Shown: positions 55,001 through 63,604 of the stretch, in pieces
Layout of the letters: each line of letters begins with the position of its first letter
Numbering within the stretch: position 1 is the stretch's first letter
Source: a virus
Taxonomy: Duplodnaviria; Caudoviricetes
Length of the DNA: 63,604 nt
IMG/VR virus record: IMGVR_UViG_3300033550_000003
Coordinates: 1-63,604 of that record
Direction: 5' to 3' (one strand)
Position numbers and translations under genes: made by a program
Notes under the pieces: generated by a model
What the model saw: only the letters and a program-made list of their open reading frames with translations
The model's database searches: none
What the model was told of the DNA's origin: nothing

Positions 55001-55420
55001 TATGCTCACCTTAGCAATAGAAATGCAAGGGTCGGCCAGAGAGTTGGTTCAGGATCTGTAATTGGTCTATCAGGTAACACTGGTAATTCAACTGGTCCTC
55101 ACCTTCACTTTGAAACAAGAGGGCCTGCTGGATTCCCTGGTTTTGATCCTAGAGGATTGATTCCTGGCCTTAAGGTCGGTGGAAAGGTTCTTTACGACAA
55201 CACCATTGCCAACCTTCACAAGAATGAGACTGTTCTTACAGCTCCTCTTAGCGCAAAGCTAGAAAGAGGAATTGACAGAATTGACTCAGGAGCAGGTAAC
55301 ACATACAATTTCAATATCAATGCTGAGGCAATCAACACTGAAATTGATTTTGAAAAGGTTATCGCCAAGGCTCTAGACAAGATGGAAAGCAATAAGGGAA
55401 GGAGCAGGTACGTCAGGTAA
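49001..55420 (+). CDS. tape measure protein with C-terminal lytic transglycosylase-like and M23 peptidase domains
   Basis: 2139 aa, Ala-rich/coiled-coil; AMQESTL..DS.GLFQQRPSQGWG; HGGMD, YAHL, STGPHLHFE. Confidence 0.92.
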   Translation: MENINIRFNASANFGQVSQQITALNNQLAAMQANLAANASAVASSATAFRNNVRGLGNMSVETMRVASAAENYTKALQKQDITLRQAIKNRQTFNQVLREQYALSRASAMQWTQGNRGRSTLDLIVPTDAPARLGNFRQTLSQVRAGTISTNVALGEMAIKMGLVSQVAASGAANMIKWGKNTQWAGRQLMVGFTMPVIAAGAAMGVLAYKVESELTRINKVYDFTVNKDQNAAKFAQESATLRVNSLNAAKVAAQQYGAAIQDTLKVEANLAATGEKGAELIGKTTEVMRLATLGEMEYQQALETTITLQSVYGQNTEDLAKSFNYMNAVENATSLSIEDFSKAIPKVAAPLKSLGGDIQEVGTLLVAMRSRGINAVEGANAIKASFNRVLNPTRAAKNMFKELTGEGLVELVEETEGKVIPTFQRLQKATENLSGLEKQQLFGKLFGTQQTTRLQAIVEEMANLEDETTQVGKAFQIAQQDSGAWARNAEREMKALQESASGRFKIVVESLKAQLAEAGEPFLRVGAMIVGVIGSIVKAFNELPEGVKTLLSVGVIGAAIAGPIVMLIGLFANLMGQAAKLGASLLGVVFRFRALLPEQVASRLAAMHNAQAMSAEAVAAETLTTTLTHLTAALVRATGAQATFIQTSQGLRLAPQMPAYPAGLSGPLTPTVAGYRDANGRTITRQEGMAWQRAQQASAQINQNSAATRRNFQMMGGSFQTIALTGGIMGSMATDSGTLANNISNAAVAAGLIATVLAGPLTRFFSSLGTLVAPAFAAIGRAGAATFGRIGAAGAGAFSRITASIGSTTAALGGLGAVAGTLLATAIAIGAAWYIINKNIEASRQEQEAVATSAKAWADTLGFAYQETQAIVAEGGKAADSMQDRINKFRASNEEAFKDISSYFDASDAEKWARAIEEGTKVRLRGGTATAAEEATRTALKIMGKEFSDAEFEVAINAKMNFSLVDSVMQKRLEAAASDMTEAVNRQFDQSKSESFARFFSTESVIQQKAGEQIKQNARDLWDIYDNTQEEKKQEVFNKIAAAVNTENVKIFEMYKNKYKSEFEKMGIETFADWTKYLKEETGGGQEGTTLGVKLGLSDDEIENVERAIDATKGFNQEFGKMQGLPDDKVRNLLDTDELRQYIPELNKVAPALNQVETAQRKWSEALEQRTMKDKNFSEQDQLNLLNLYRREAGLLDATSAEQGFGEAIDANKQKVSDYTDELEMNAENVQDFVNAQKQVFSGTMDEVYSRAEEIMNENQQAEIDGIQKRAEARADALDRAQERADKKFDERQEKTEKRFEDKQDALDKRFENKQRAFDTRWDNLMESHEKKWETRIEKEKAGYDNKIKKIQDAIKAEQDAEQKRQEIFEREKTRIQRAAELANQNIDFQMAINSGNLDEAAKIGNDIQSQIGQWNTEDTAGSSQTASEQKIAGFEKQISTVEAERDRRLNILNQLEEAEKKQLDARKQREQDALKAQREAAEKSLQISREKALKQIQIEREEYNKGVQAQREALNRETQDKINATQKKYTAAKRALENELAALRAFVPKNQAELNAHVKKVEEAYARHGVNLKARGNEWGKYVGNALSANVKAAAEGLKSDIAWAQIGKKITEQMVDGAFSMSTAEFMKWVTTGKLPKNYAGPGTSRSSANAQEWGGIPYAPGQNAYSSTPSYLLRHEGGPVGGAKKYNSRGGRPVSSGMYSDETWGLLKKNEYVINGDAHKTYGTDFFDNMNSGKFGTGGPGLGMVGMFGAALAGAYSQMVAGAINSMGQNAMSMNMGLDVMGIPGQAGAYGNTKLNSEQLANAAAIIGVGKSMGATTTDLIVSIMTAMQESTLRNINYGDRDSVGLFQQRPSQGWGTVEQIMNPTYAARKFFEGLLAMKNRAKLPLWEQAQRVQRSAFPMAYAKWEQMARAVVGGTGFSIQGTGTGWRKPVNGPVTQNWSARHGGMDFGIPVGTPVQAANAGTVVASEDLRGNQNGGYRSYGRYVVVDHGGVSTLYAHLSNRNARVGQRVGSGSVIGLSGNTGNSTGPHLHFETRGPAGFPGFDPRGLIPGLKVGGKVLYDNTIANLHKNETVLTAPLSAKLERGIDRIDSGAGNTYNFNINAEAINTEIDFEKVIAKALDKMESNKGRSRYVR

Positions 55421-55821
55421 TGCCAATAATTCTTGCAAAGCCACGGTTGATGAGATGGTCAGGGAACGCAATCTCTGACCACAACCGTAGTGAACTACAA
55501 ATTTCTCCAGAGAGAATCGAAAAGAAGCAAAGAATGGCGGACGGCACAATGAGGAAGTATGTAGTCGCAGACAAAAGAACATTTACGGTCTCGTGGCGAG
55601 AACTTCCTCATTCTGCCAGTTTTACAGTCGATGGCTTTTGGGGTGCTGATGAAATGACAGCATTCTACGAATCAACTTTCGGAGAATTCGATCTAGAAAT
55701 AACATATGGTAATGGAACCACTGAAACATTTTCAGTGATGTTCAGTGACTTTAGCTCAGGAATCAGTAAGCGTGGACTTTATGATTTCTGGGAGGTCAGC
55801 GCAACAATGGAACAGGTATAA
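55420..55821 (+). CDS. minor tail protein (distal-tail-like)
   Basis: Directly after tape measure; RMADGTMRKYV. Confidence 0.7.
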   Translation: MPIILAKPRLMRWSGNAISDHNRSELQISPERIEKKQRMADGTMRKYVVADKRTFTVSWRELPHSASFTVDGFWGADEMTAFYESTFGEFDLEITYGNGTTETFSVMFSDFSSGISKRGLYDFWEVSATMEQV

Positions 55822-55822
55822 A

Positions 55823-58800
55823 ATGCAGACTACAACACCTCAGGTAACTCAACTTCTACAGCAGGGGCTCGCAATCAAGGCGCAACCTCTGCTTATTGCT
55901 GAGTGGAATCAGAACAGATATGCAGGTATTCAGTCTGTTGATAACGATCCACCAGAAGAGGAAATTAGTTCTGATGTTGAGCTATATCCCGTCTCTTCAA
56001 TTGTTGAACCTCTTCGACCTTCAAAGAAGGGTATTGCGAAGGCGCGAGCTGAACTTATGGGATTCACCGATTTGACTCCTGATGGTGTTCAGCCAACTAG
56101 ATGGTATGCGTCAGATGTTGATGATCCATATAAGTACTGGTCTAGCCCAGAGCCTTCTCGATTCTTTGCCGGATCAAACATTTTTGATGTTGATGTTTCA
56201 CCAAGATTCGTTTATCAGAATTTGGCCTGGTGTAATAAGATTCACGTTTTGTTTGAAACATCTGCGGCCTCCCCTCAGGGATGGTCTGTTTCAATTACAA
56301 CAAATGGAACGACATGGACACAAATCTGGACTTCTGATGGCCCTGATATTGATTACGATGGGATTACTCTTTATCGTCAGGCAGACGGCTCTTGGGATGA
56401 AGCAGTATACAGAGACAACCCAGTACAACTCAAGGGTTTGAGAGTGGATGTGAACACTCTTTCTGTTGAAAACAGATATCTTGATTTGATTGAGATGTCC
56501 CTTCGACTTGAGAGAGACTTGACGAGCACTCTCATTTCTTCAAATTCTAACTTCACAATGTCATCAACTAGTTTTGTAACTCCATTGGGTGGAGCCAGTT
56601 CAAATACAGCTTCATTGGAATTGTCGAACACAGATGGACTTTACAATAATACAAATCCAGACTCTATCTATAAGGGTTTGATTGATAAGAATGTGAAGTT
56701 CACCTATTCGATGGGATATGACACGACCCCGGTGGGAGGAAGTGGTTACACATACGTCAGAGAATACACAATGTTTTCAGACGAATGGAATGGACAGGGA
56801 ACAGAGATTGCCCGAGTTGGCCTTAAGGATGCTTCAAAGTTTTTGCAGGAAATGAAGCCTCCAAAGATGTTCTTCGAGAATCTGACAATCGGTAGAATCG
56901 TTTGGCAGCTATGTGACATCATGGGATTCAATGATTATGTTTATGATCGCGCAGACGATGATAAGGACACGATCATTCCTTATTTCTGGACCGATGGAGA
57001 GAAGACTCTTTGGGAAATCTTTAGTCATTTGGCTACGACAGTTCAGGCAGCAATCTACTTTGATGAATTCGGACAGCTTCAAATTCAAACGAGAGACGTT
57101 GCCTATAATCTTGGTAAGCCAATTTCATGGCAGCTTGATGGTGTAAAAGTTGGACTAAAGCAGCCAGATATTATTGAGCTTAGCCAGGAATATGATTACG
57201 AGGCAAACCACGTAACCGTTAGATACAACAAAACATCAATTTCTGATCAAGTTGGTCGAACTCCAAAAATGGATGTCGTCTGGCAACCAGAAGACACTCT
57301 TGTTCTTCGATCAAGTCAGCTTAGAGAAACCATGAATGATAATCAAACATTTGTGAGAATGACAGCATCGGAGGCCGCATCTTGGCCTTACAAGGGAATT
57401 ATCAACATCGAGGGCGAGTTGATGAGATATGACGGAAAGGGTTATTGGTACTACAACCTTTCAGGAGTCAATACTTTTGCTCTAGTTAAGTCTTCTGATC
57501 AAAAGAAAAATATTGATGAAAAGCTGACAAAGCCGGAGCTAAGGTTTAAGAGTGCATTCTCTGGATATCTTGGAAATGTTGAGCGCGGAATCTGGAATAC
57601 AACTCCAGCCCCACATCTAGATCAAGTATCAGGATACTCTGTTGGCTCAAGTAAAAAGGCTGTCGGAAATCCTTATCCTTGGACGGGAGGATTTGTTCAC
57701 AACAAGACTGAGAGCACTGTTAGCCTTAAAGCCAATAAGACTTTCAGAGCTGACACATTCTATGTTGCGAAAAGGCAATTCTTCTCCGACAAGGATGTCT
57801 GGTACTACGGAACAAGAATGCGTTTCCGTGGATCTGGATACACCAATGGGATGGGAGGAATCGCTTTCAATCTTGGAACAGACAACAGAGGTTATTATGT
57901 TGAGCTATGCAGAACAGATAGATTGCCCGGTGGAAGAAAATACCAGCATGAAATCAATTTCTATGCTAGAAGAAACAATGGCACTCTAAAGAGATATGGC
58001 CCAGATGGAGGTAAGGGAGTTCCTTTCGCAGTCTCAGCGAACACTTGGTATGACATTGATGTGTCACTGAGAAAGGCTGATGGATCTTCAAATCCTTCAA
58101 GCACATCTGCTGACGTCATTTCGATCGCTGTAAACGGATCGGTGAAGATGACCGTGACAGTGCCTTCTGGCGAGCGAGAGCCATACACAAGAAATGTTGG
58201 AATGTTCACGCGCGGAGATACCCACGCTGATTACGAATATTTCTGGGCAAACGGTACAAAGGAAGATCTCAAGCTAGACTCTGGAAATCTTTTCGATAGA
58301 ATCAGAGGAGAATTCACAAGTCCACAGGACGACAGAAAGTGGATTTGGGGATGGGACCAAAACAGTAGAATCTATAAGAAGAAATACTTTGCCCATTCTG
58401 TTCGATTCAATCAAAGAGGATTCGATGAGTTCGGGCCCCTTTGTCAAGAAGTTAGAGAATTTGAAGTTAAGTTTGAGAAGTATCCTGCTGTACATTCGAA
58501 CATCTATTTCTCAAATACCACTCAAATTGTGTGTCCAGAATACAGTGCCGATCCATTTGGCGCTCGCTTCGTTCTAACAAACGTCTATCGAAGCAACGCA
58601 ATTCTAAATGGTCAAGATACCCTTACCTTTGGTCCTGATAATCCAGTAGAGCAGAAGCTGATGATCTACGGAAGAACAGTAAACAAGGAGGATGAGAAGA
58701 CTGTTGTCGTGAAAAACGAGAATGGAATTCGCAGACGAGGAGTCGTTGAGACTGAAATTCAGTCTGAATGGCTACAGTCTGAGCAGTCCGCCAAGGATCT

Positions 58801-59020
58801 TGCAGATTGGATTGATCATCACTGGTCTCAGGGTTCTGATGAAGTAGAGGCAGAAATCTATGGAAATCCTCTTCTACAGATCGGTGACCTAGTCAGTATC
58901 AATTATCCTCAAAAGGACTTTGATCCTGTAACTCACAGATACTTTATTGTGGGTCAGGTCAGAGATTTCAGCGGAGGATATGGAACAACGAGATTGACTC
59001 TGAGAAGGTTCAAATCTTAA
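55823..59020 (+). CDS. large minor tail / baseplate hub protein
   Basis: About 1065 aa; C-terminal GNPLLQIGD. Confidence 0.75.
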   Translation: MQTTTPQVTQLLQQGLAIKAQPLLIAEWNQNRYAGIQSVDNDPPEEEISSDVELYPVSSIVEPLRPSKKGIAKARAELMGFTDLTPDGVQPTRWYASDVDDPYKYWSSPEPSRFFAGSNIFDVDVSPRFVYQNLAWCNKIHVLFETSAASPQGWSVSITTNGTTWTQIWTSDGPDIDYDGITLYRQADGSWDEAVYRDNPVQLKGLRVDVNTLSVENRYLDLIEMSLRLERDLTSTLISSNSNFTMSSTSFVTPLGGASSNTASLELSNTDGLYNNTNPDSIYKGLIDKNVKFTYSMGYDTTPVGGSGYTYVREYTMFSDEWNGQGTEIARVGLKDASKFLQEMKPPKMFFENLTIGRIVWQLCDIMGFNDYVYDRADDDKDTIIPYFWTDGEKTLWEIFSHLATTVQAAIYFDEFGQLQIQTRDVAYNLGKPISWQLDGVKVGLKQPDIIELSQEYDYEANHVTVRYNKTSISDQVGRTPKMDVVWQPEDTLVLRSSQLRETMNDNQTFVRMTASEAASWPYKGIINIEGELMRYDGKGYWYYNLSGVNTFALVKSSDQKKNIDEKLTKPELRFKSAFSGYLGNVERGIWNTTPAPHLDQVSGYSVGSSKKAVGNPYPWTGGFVHNKTESTVSLKANKTFRADTFYVAKRQFFSDKDVWYYGTRMRFRGSGYTNGMGGIAFNLGTDNRGYYVELCRTDRLPGGRKYQHEINFYARRNNGTLKRYGPDGGKGVPFAVSANTWYDIDVSLRKADGSSNPSSTSADVISIAVNGSVKMTVTVPSGEREPYTRNVGMFTRGDTHADYEYFWANGTKEDLKLDSGNLFDRIRGEFTSPQDDRKWIWGWDQNSRIYKKKYFAHSVRFNQRGFDEFGPLCQEVREFEVKFEKYPAVHSNIYFSNTTQIVCPEYSADPFGARFVLTNVYRSNAILNGQDTLTFGPDNPVEQKLMIYGRTVNKEDEKTVVVKNENGIRRRGVVETEIQSEWLQSEQSAKDLADWIDHHWSQGSDEVEAEIYGNPLLQIGDLVSINYPQKDFDPVTHRYFIVGQVRDFSGGYGTTRLTLRRFKS

Positions 59021-59057
59021 TTTTGCTTTGTATGCCCCCAATTGTATAATTGGGGGC

Positions 59058-59420
59058 ATGAGCATTAATAGCAACGAAATCATCAAGAAGCCGGATTTGA
59101 TCATTGATCCGAACTTCCCTCTTCCTCCGGGAGTTGTAGATGCTCGTTACCCGAACGAAGAAGAAATCGATCAGGGGGACGTAGATGAAACAACGTTCGA
59201 CGGAGATGCCTCGATAGAAGCCAACATTGAATTTGTTGAGCCAAACGAGAATCAAGAAGACAATGATCCGACTACTCTCTATCCACCAGACTCTTTGGCG
59301 GTAGTTAGTCAGACTGTAAGAATGGGCGAAAACGGGCAGCAAGTCGTGGATGTTGTTTTGGAAATCCTAGACGTTGATGCTTCAATTCAAATTGACGTTA
59401 GGATGAGTAAGGCCACATGA
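59058..59420 (+). CDS. hypothetical acidic protein (leaderless)
   Basis: TTTGCT-N17-TATAAT then ATG. Confidence 0.65.
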   Translation: MSINSNEIIKKPDLIIDPNFPLPPGVVDARYPNEEEIDQGDVDETTFDGDASIEANIEFVEPNENQEDNDPTTLYPPDSLAVVSQTVRMGENGQQVVDVVLEILDVDASIQIDVRMSKAT

Positions 59421-60214
59421 TTACTACACAGGGAAAATCAATTATTTTCAGATATCTGGCTGGTTATGTCCCAAGAATTGCTGAGTCAATTGCCATCGGA
59501 GTAGGAAGCACTGCGGAAAATGTCAACGACACAGTACTTAACTTTGAATCTAATAGAATCCCTGTTGCTCTCACATCCATTGATATTGTCAACGACAAAT
59601 TGATTTTCAAGGGTGTTATTCCTCAGGAATTCGTTGGAGAGATTTATGAAGTGGGATTGTGGTATGGAGCGCCATCTCAATCAATTGGAGCTTCTAGTCT
59701 AATCGTCACATTTGATTCTGCAACAGAGGAGTGGACTCCTGCCACGTGGGAAACCACAATTGCAAGAATTGGCGAGGATGCTCTACAAGTTGCCGGAGGC
59801 ACCACGAGTACGCTTGAAAATATCATTCTCGATCTTTCAAGCTTCTCTGACGCAGACTTCATTTCTTTGGCATATAGCGCAGATGCAGCAATCACAGATA
59901 TCACTGTTCAGTTCAGAACAGATGTATCAAATTATTACTCGTACACATTTACGGCAGCGACAGGTTACGAGGTTAAGTCTTTTGGAAAGACTCTATTTAC
60001 TGCCACAGGAACACCCGACTGGGCCAATATCACTTCAATTGTGGTTGGCGCGGCCGGTACAGGAAATGCTGTATTCGATGGAATCAGAGTAGAAGACGCA
60101 GACACCTTGAGTAATGACTATGCACTAGTTGCAAGATCTGTACTAATGACTCCGAAGACAAAGACGGACGACAGCGAAATGGATATCGAGTACGCATTGG
60201 AAATTAACATATGA
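59417..60214 (+). CDS. minor tail protein
   Basis: MITTQG..., IAIGVG, EVGLW pattern of tail-fibre N-termini. Confidence 0.7.
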   Translation: MITTQGKSIIFRYLAGYVPRIAESIAIGVGSTAENVNDTVLNFESNRIPVALTSIDIVNDKLIFKGVIPQEFVGEIYEVGLWYGAPSQSIGASSLIVTFDSATEEWTPATWETTIARIGEDALQVAGGTTSTLENIILDLSSFSDADFISLAYSADAAITDITVQFRTDVSNYYSYTFTAATGYEVKSFGKTLFTATGTPDWANITSIVVGAAGTGNAVFDGIRVEDADTLSNDYALVARSVLMTPKTKTDDSEMDIEYALEINI

Positions 60215-63200
60215 GAATTCTTCTAAGAGACCTGACACCAGGAACAAACTATACGCTACAGCTACGACAGAATGATGGAACAAATGTTTCTGACTGGAGT
60301 CGTATCTTTGAGCTACTAACAACTACAGACACTCTTGCCCCTGCTCAGGTGACAGGAGTTACTTGGGTTGTCAATAGAGCAGGATTTGTTGCGAAATGGA
60401 ATGCAACGACTCTAAATGCAGACAGCACTCCATGTAATGATCTTTCTCATTACATTGTAAGAATTGCTTCTCCTTCATCTGGAACCTTCGACGTAAATAC
60501 GACAAACAATTTCTTCGATCTTTCATTCGAAGAAAACAAGTCTCTGTTTACAGTCGCACAGCCAGATTTGACAATTACTGTGTTTGCCGTTGACGTGGCT
60601 GGAAATATGTCTGTTGCTTCATCGTCTGTTAATGCAGTGAATGGTGCTCCAGCAGATCCAACAAACTTTTCGGCAGCAGGAATTGTTGCAAGTGTTTCCC
60701 TTCTTTGGGATGTTCAAACAACAGATGACCTGGCTGCTTACGACATTTTCTTCTCCACATCTGGTCCTGGATTCACACCAGACTCTAGTAATCATGTATG
60801 GAGCGGAACGAGTAATAGCTACGTACACGAATCGGAGAATATCGGAGTGATTCATTACTTCAAGATCCGGGCGCGGGATCTTTTTAACAACATAAGTAAT
60901 TATGTTTCAGCGTCAGCGACACCGGTAAGTCCAACGGCAGTAGATACAGATCCTCCAGGAGTTCCTGCGGATCTCAGTGTATCAATGATCACAGATCCAG
61001 ATGATTCTGCTTTTGCTATCGCCTCTGCAACATGGACAGCGGTAAGTGATCCTGACCTCGGAGGATACGTTGTACGCTACAAGCCAACCAGTGGCACCGC
61101 ATACAATTACGTAAACGTTCCAGCAGGAAACACTTCTGTAACCATTGAAGCATTGGTCGTTGGAATTCAGTATGATTTCAGCATTCAAGCATTCGATCAG
61201 TTGTCGAACCGATCAGCCTGGTCTTCAACAGTAAATGCAACTGCTGCAAATACCGCTCCTTCAACACCAGCAGCAGCGACAGCAGTCGCAAATACTCAAA
61301 GTATTCAGGTATCTCACAACCTTCAAAAGGCTACAAGTGGGCGTCTAGAATCAGATGTAAGTTATCTACAAGTCCATCTTGGAACGTCTTCTGGCTTTAC
61401 AGCAGATGCGTCAAATCTTATTGGATCAATGCAGGTGGAACCAGGAAGCACATTTGTTTCCGCAGTCTTCACGACTCCCGTTGTAGATTCTTCTGTAAAC
61501 AGATGGGTAAGAGTGATTGCAGTTGATAGAGGAGGACTAATGTCTTCTCAGTCTGCAACATCTGCTGTAACCGTTGGATTGATTCTCAATGCGAACATTG
61601 CAAATGCCACAATCACGTCTGCCAAGATCAACGATCTAGAGGCAAACAAGATTACGGCCGGTACAGGAATTATCAACAACTTGCTCATTAAGTCTTCTCT
61701 AACAGTAGACACAGCAGGTATCGTTCAGTCAAGTAACTATTCAGCCGGAACGGCTGGCTGGAGACTGACCAATAACACTCTTGAAATTAATCAGGGTGTC
61801 ATCAAGGCAGCGGCATTGGAGTTGCAGGATTCAGCAAACATCATCATTCCAGAATATGCTGATTACGAATTCTTCAATACGTTCTATTCAACGAACCTAA
61901 CAACGTTCAATAATGGTGGAACAACTACTGCCGCAATTGCTACTTCTCCTGAGGTAACTCCGAGAATTGGAACTCAGGTCCTTAAGCACACCTGGACTGG
62001 TGGAGGAGTAACGTCAAGAATCTATAACGGTGCTAATACAACAACGTATAACGTACCAGTCGAACCAAACACAGACTACATCTATTCAGGTTACTTCCTC
62101 GTCCTTGCGGGCGCGGGAACAAAGAATGTGTCTCTTGGAGTAAAGACTGCTGATGCAGCAACAATCATTGTTGCAAACACTATTCCTGTAACCGATACAG
62201 GTCAGTGGCAGAGAGTATCTGGAACCTTTAACACAGGTGCCAACAGTAGCCTTGAGACATTTACGTCTTTGACTACTGCGGGAACTGTCTACGTAGACTC
62301 TCTGCAAATTGAGAGGAAGCTTACAGGCTCTTCTACACCGTCTCCATGGAGGGCTCCAAGCTACACAAGAATCGATGGAGGAATCATCAGAACTGGATCT
62401 ATCCAGTCTACTGCTTCTGCAAACGGTCTTGGTGGACAGCCAGCTTGGTCAATTAATACCACTGGTGGAGCGCAGTTTGGTGATGCGACTGTTCGAGGAA
62501 GATTGGTTGTTGGAGATCCTTCTAATCCAAGTGCGGACGGTACGAACTCAAGAATTCTTTCTGCAAACTATGCAGCCGATACGGCTGGATGGATCATTAG
62601 AAATGATGGATCAGCAGAGTTCACCAATGCCAAGTTCAACTTCGGAACAACTGGTGGAAAAATCGTTATTCAGAATGGACAGCTTGCTGTTTATCAGGAC
62701 CCAGGTGCAGAACTACTTGCTACGCTTGGTCCTAATGGAGGCTTCGGAGGAGGCTATGGATCAGGAGGTTTGATTGTCAACACAGTTTCAACGAGTCCTC
62801 TTCCTGGAACTAGTCCATTGACTCAGGTTACTAATGGATTGATTAATTTCTATGATGCAGGAGATCTTCCAGTAGATCCAGCCTACATCGGTGGTGGAAA
62901 GTACTATGACGCGACAAGCTCATTTATTCACATCGACGGAGGAACCCAGGAGAATACTCACTTTGCATCATCAATGGATATTGTTTCCGGAGATCCTGAT
63001 GCTTATTCATATGGAACTGGTAGATTCATTTCTTTGAATACCAAGTCTGTTTCAATTAATCCTCAAGGAGTCAGAAACTTCGATCTTGGTAGAGGAAGTC
63101 AGGGTTATGTTATTCGTACGACCAACACAGGAACAACGGTCGCTGAGATTGTGGTTGTAACTACTCCAACAATTGATTTTGAGCCAGGAAGAGTATACAG

Positions 63201-63528
63201 ACTAACTTATCACTTCCAGGGACAAAGCAGTGTTGCAGATGATCAGATTGGATTTAGAATCAGAGTTGCAAGTACAGCCGGTAACAGCCTGTACGACAGT
63301 CTAAGAACAATCAAGACCCCAGCAGCCACTGCAATTGTTAATGGAGAAGCTTCTCAGATTGTTACCAATACTGGAGGTTCAACAGTAAGCACTACCATTG
63401 TTGGAACGATTTACAGATCTTCTGGAACTGGAAATGTCAACGGATTTGCTAATGCTGCAAACCCTGTTTGGCTTCTTGTAGAAGACATCGGTCTTGTTGA
63501 TGACTTCCCATCTGTAAAGGCTCTATAA
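60211..63528 (+). CDS. tail fibre / minor tail protein with Fn3 repeats and CBM-like domain
   Basis: Repeated P..P.....W...Y Fn3 units; ITSAKI repeats; WQRVS..F carbohydrate-binding pattern. Confidence 0.8.
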   Translation: MRILLRDLTPGTNYTLQLRQNDGTNVSDWSRIFELLTTTDTLAPAQVTGVTWVVNRAGFVAKWNATTLNADSTPCNDLSHYIVRIASPSSGTFDVNTTNNFFDLSFEENKSLFTVAQPDLTITVFAVDVAGNMSVASSSVNAVNGAPADPTNFSAAGIVASVSLLWDVQTTDDLAAYDIFFSTSGPGFTPDSSNHVWSGTSNSYVHESENIGVIHYFKIRARDLFNNISNYVSASATPVSPTAVDTDPPGVPADLSVSMITDPDDSAFAIASATWTAVSDPDLGGYVVRYKPTSGTAYNYVNVPAGNTSVTIEALVVGIQYDFSIQAFDQLSNRSAWSSTVNATAANTAPSTPAAATAVANTQSIQVSHNLQKATSGRLESDVSYLQVHLGTSSGFTADASNLIGSMQVEPGSTFVSAVFTTPVVDSSVNRWVRVIAVDRGGLMSSQSATSAVTVGLILNANIANATITSAKINDLEANKITAGTGIINNLLIKSSLTVDTAGIVQSSNYSAGTAGWRLTNNTLEINQGVIKAAALELQDSANIIIPEYADYEFFNTFYSTNLTTFNNGGTTTAAIATSPEVTPRIGTQVLKHTWTGGGVTSRIYNGANTTTYNVPVEPNTDYIYSGYFLVLAGAGTKNVSLGVKTADAATIIVANTIPVTDTGQWQRVSGTFNTGANSSLETFTSLTTAGTVYVDSLQIERKLTGSSTPSPWRAPSYTRIDGGIIRTGSIQSTASANGLGGQPAWSINTTGGAQFGDATVRGRLVVGDPSNPSADGTNSRILSANYAADTAGWIIRNDGSAEFTNAKFNFGTTGGKIVIQNGQLAVYQDPGAELLATLGPNGGFGGGYGSGGLIVNTVSTSPLPGTSPLTQVTNGLINFYDAGDLPVDPAYIGGGKYYDATSSFIHIDGGTQENTHFASSMDIVSGDPDAYSYGTGRFISLNTKSVSINPQGVRNFDLGRGSQGYVIRTTNTGTTVAEIVVVTTPTIDFEPGRVYRLTYHFQGQSSVADDQIGFRIRVASTAGNSLYDSLRTIKTPAATAIVNGEASQIVTNTGGSTVSTTIVGTIYRSSGTGNVNGFANAANPVWLLVEDIGLVDDFPSVKAL

Positions 63529-63531
63529 GAC

Positions 63532-63561
63532 ATAACGCTCCCTCTTCGGAGGGAGCGTTAT
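63532..63561 (+). terminator. terminator
   Basis: ATAACGCTCCCTC-TTCG-GAGGGAGCGTTAT. Confidence 0.8.
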
Positions 63562-63565
63562 CCGT

Positions 63566-63594
63566 TTGACAAGACCAGACATTGCAGGTAGTCT
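63566..63594 (+). promoter_or_regulatory. promoter for next (off-window) gene
   Basis: TTGACA-N17-TAGTCT. Confidence 0.7.
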
Positions 63595-63604
63595 ACTATT
63601 ACAC

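Noticed and set aside
1-63604. Prophage, integrase, transposase or rRNA
   Set aside because: No such genes or host flanks recognised; all content is consistent with a lytic phage genome.

Overview
This is a 63.6-kb segment of a large lytic actinophage siphovirus. Gene content and order resemble Streptomyces cluster BE/BK-type phages; that assignment is an inference, since no database search was run. The window has five parts. (i) 1-13.8 kb, + strand: accessory and metabolic genes (deaminase, Sir2, rIIA/rIIB, HNH, metallophosphoesterase, WhiB, tRNA-Gln, KTSC, thioredoxin, NADAR). (ii) 13.85-14.97 kb: non-coding, repeat-rich DNA. (iii) 15-24.6 kb: a GC-richer array of small minus-strand transcription cassettes (DUF932, two L7/L12-CTD-like paralogs, tandem-Lsr2, Gp88, two ParB-like genes and others). 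Thirteen of them carry the same composite element, read on the minus strand: terminator hairpin, 13-bp palindrome TGCGCC-N-GGCGCA, 17-bp palindrome AGATGYA-N3-TRCATCT, and a TTGnnn-N17-TAGACT promoter. The array probably lies in the long terminal repeat / first-injected early region. (iv) 25.6-33.3 kb, - strand: thyX, DUF2637, Dps, cytidylyltransferase, glycosyltransferases, HNH and a secreted transglycosylase, preceded by an attenuator-like structured leader. (v) 33.4-63.5 kb, + strand: GT4, class II RNR, endolysin and virion genes (portal, protease, MCP, head-tail, major tail, chaperones, tape measure, minor tail). Coordinates were read by hand and may be off by a few bases.
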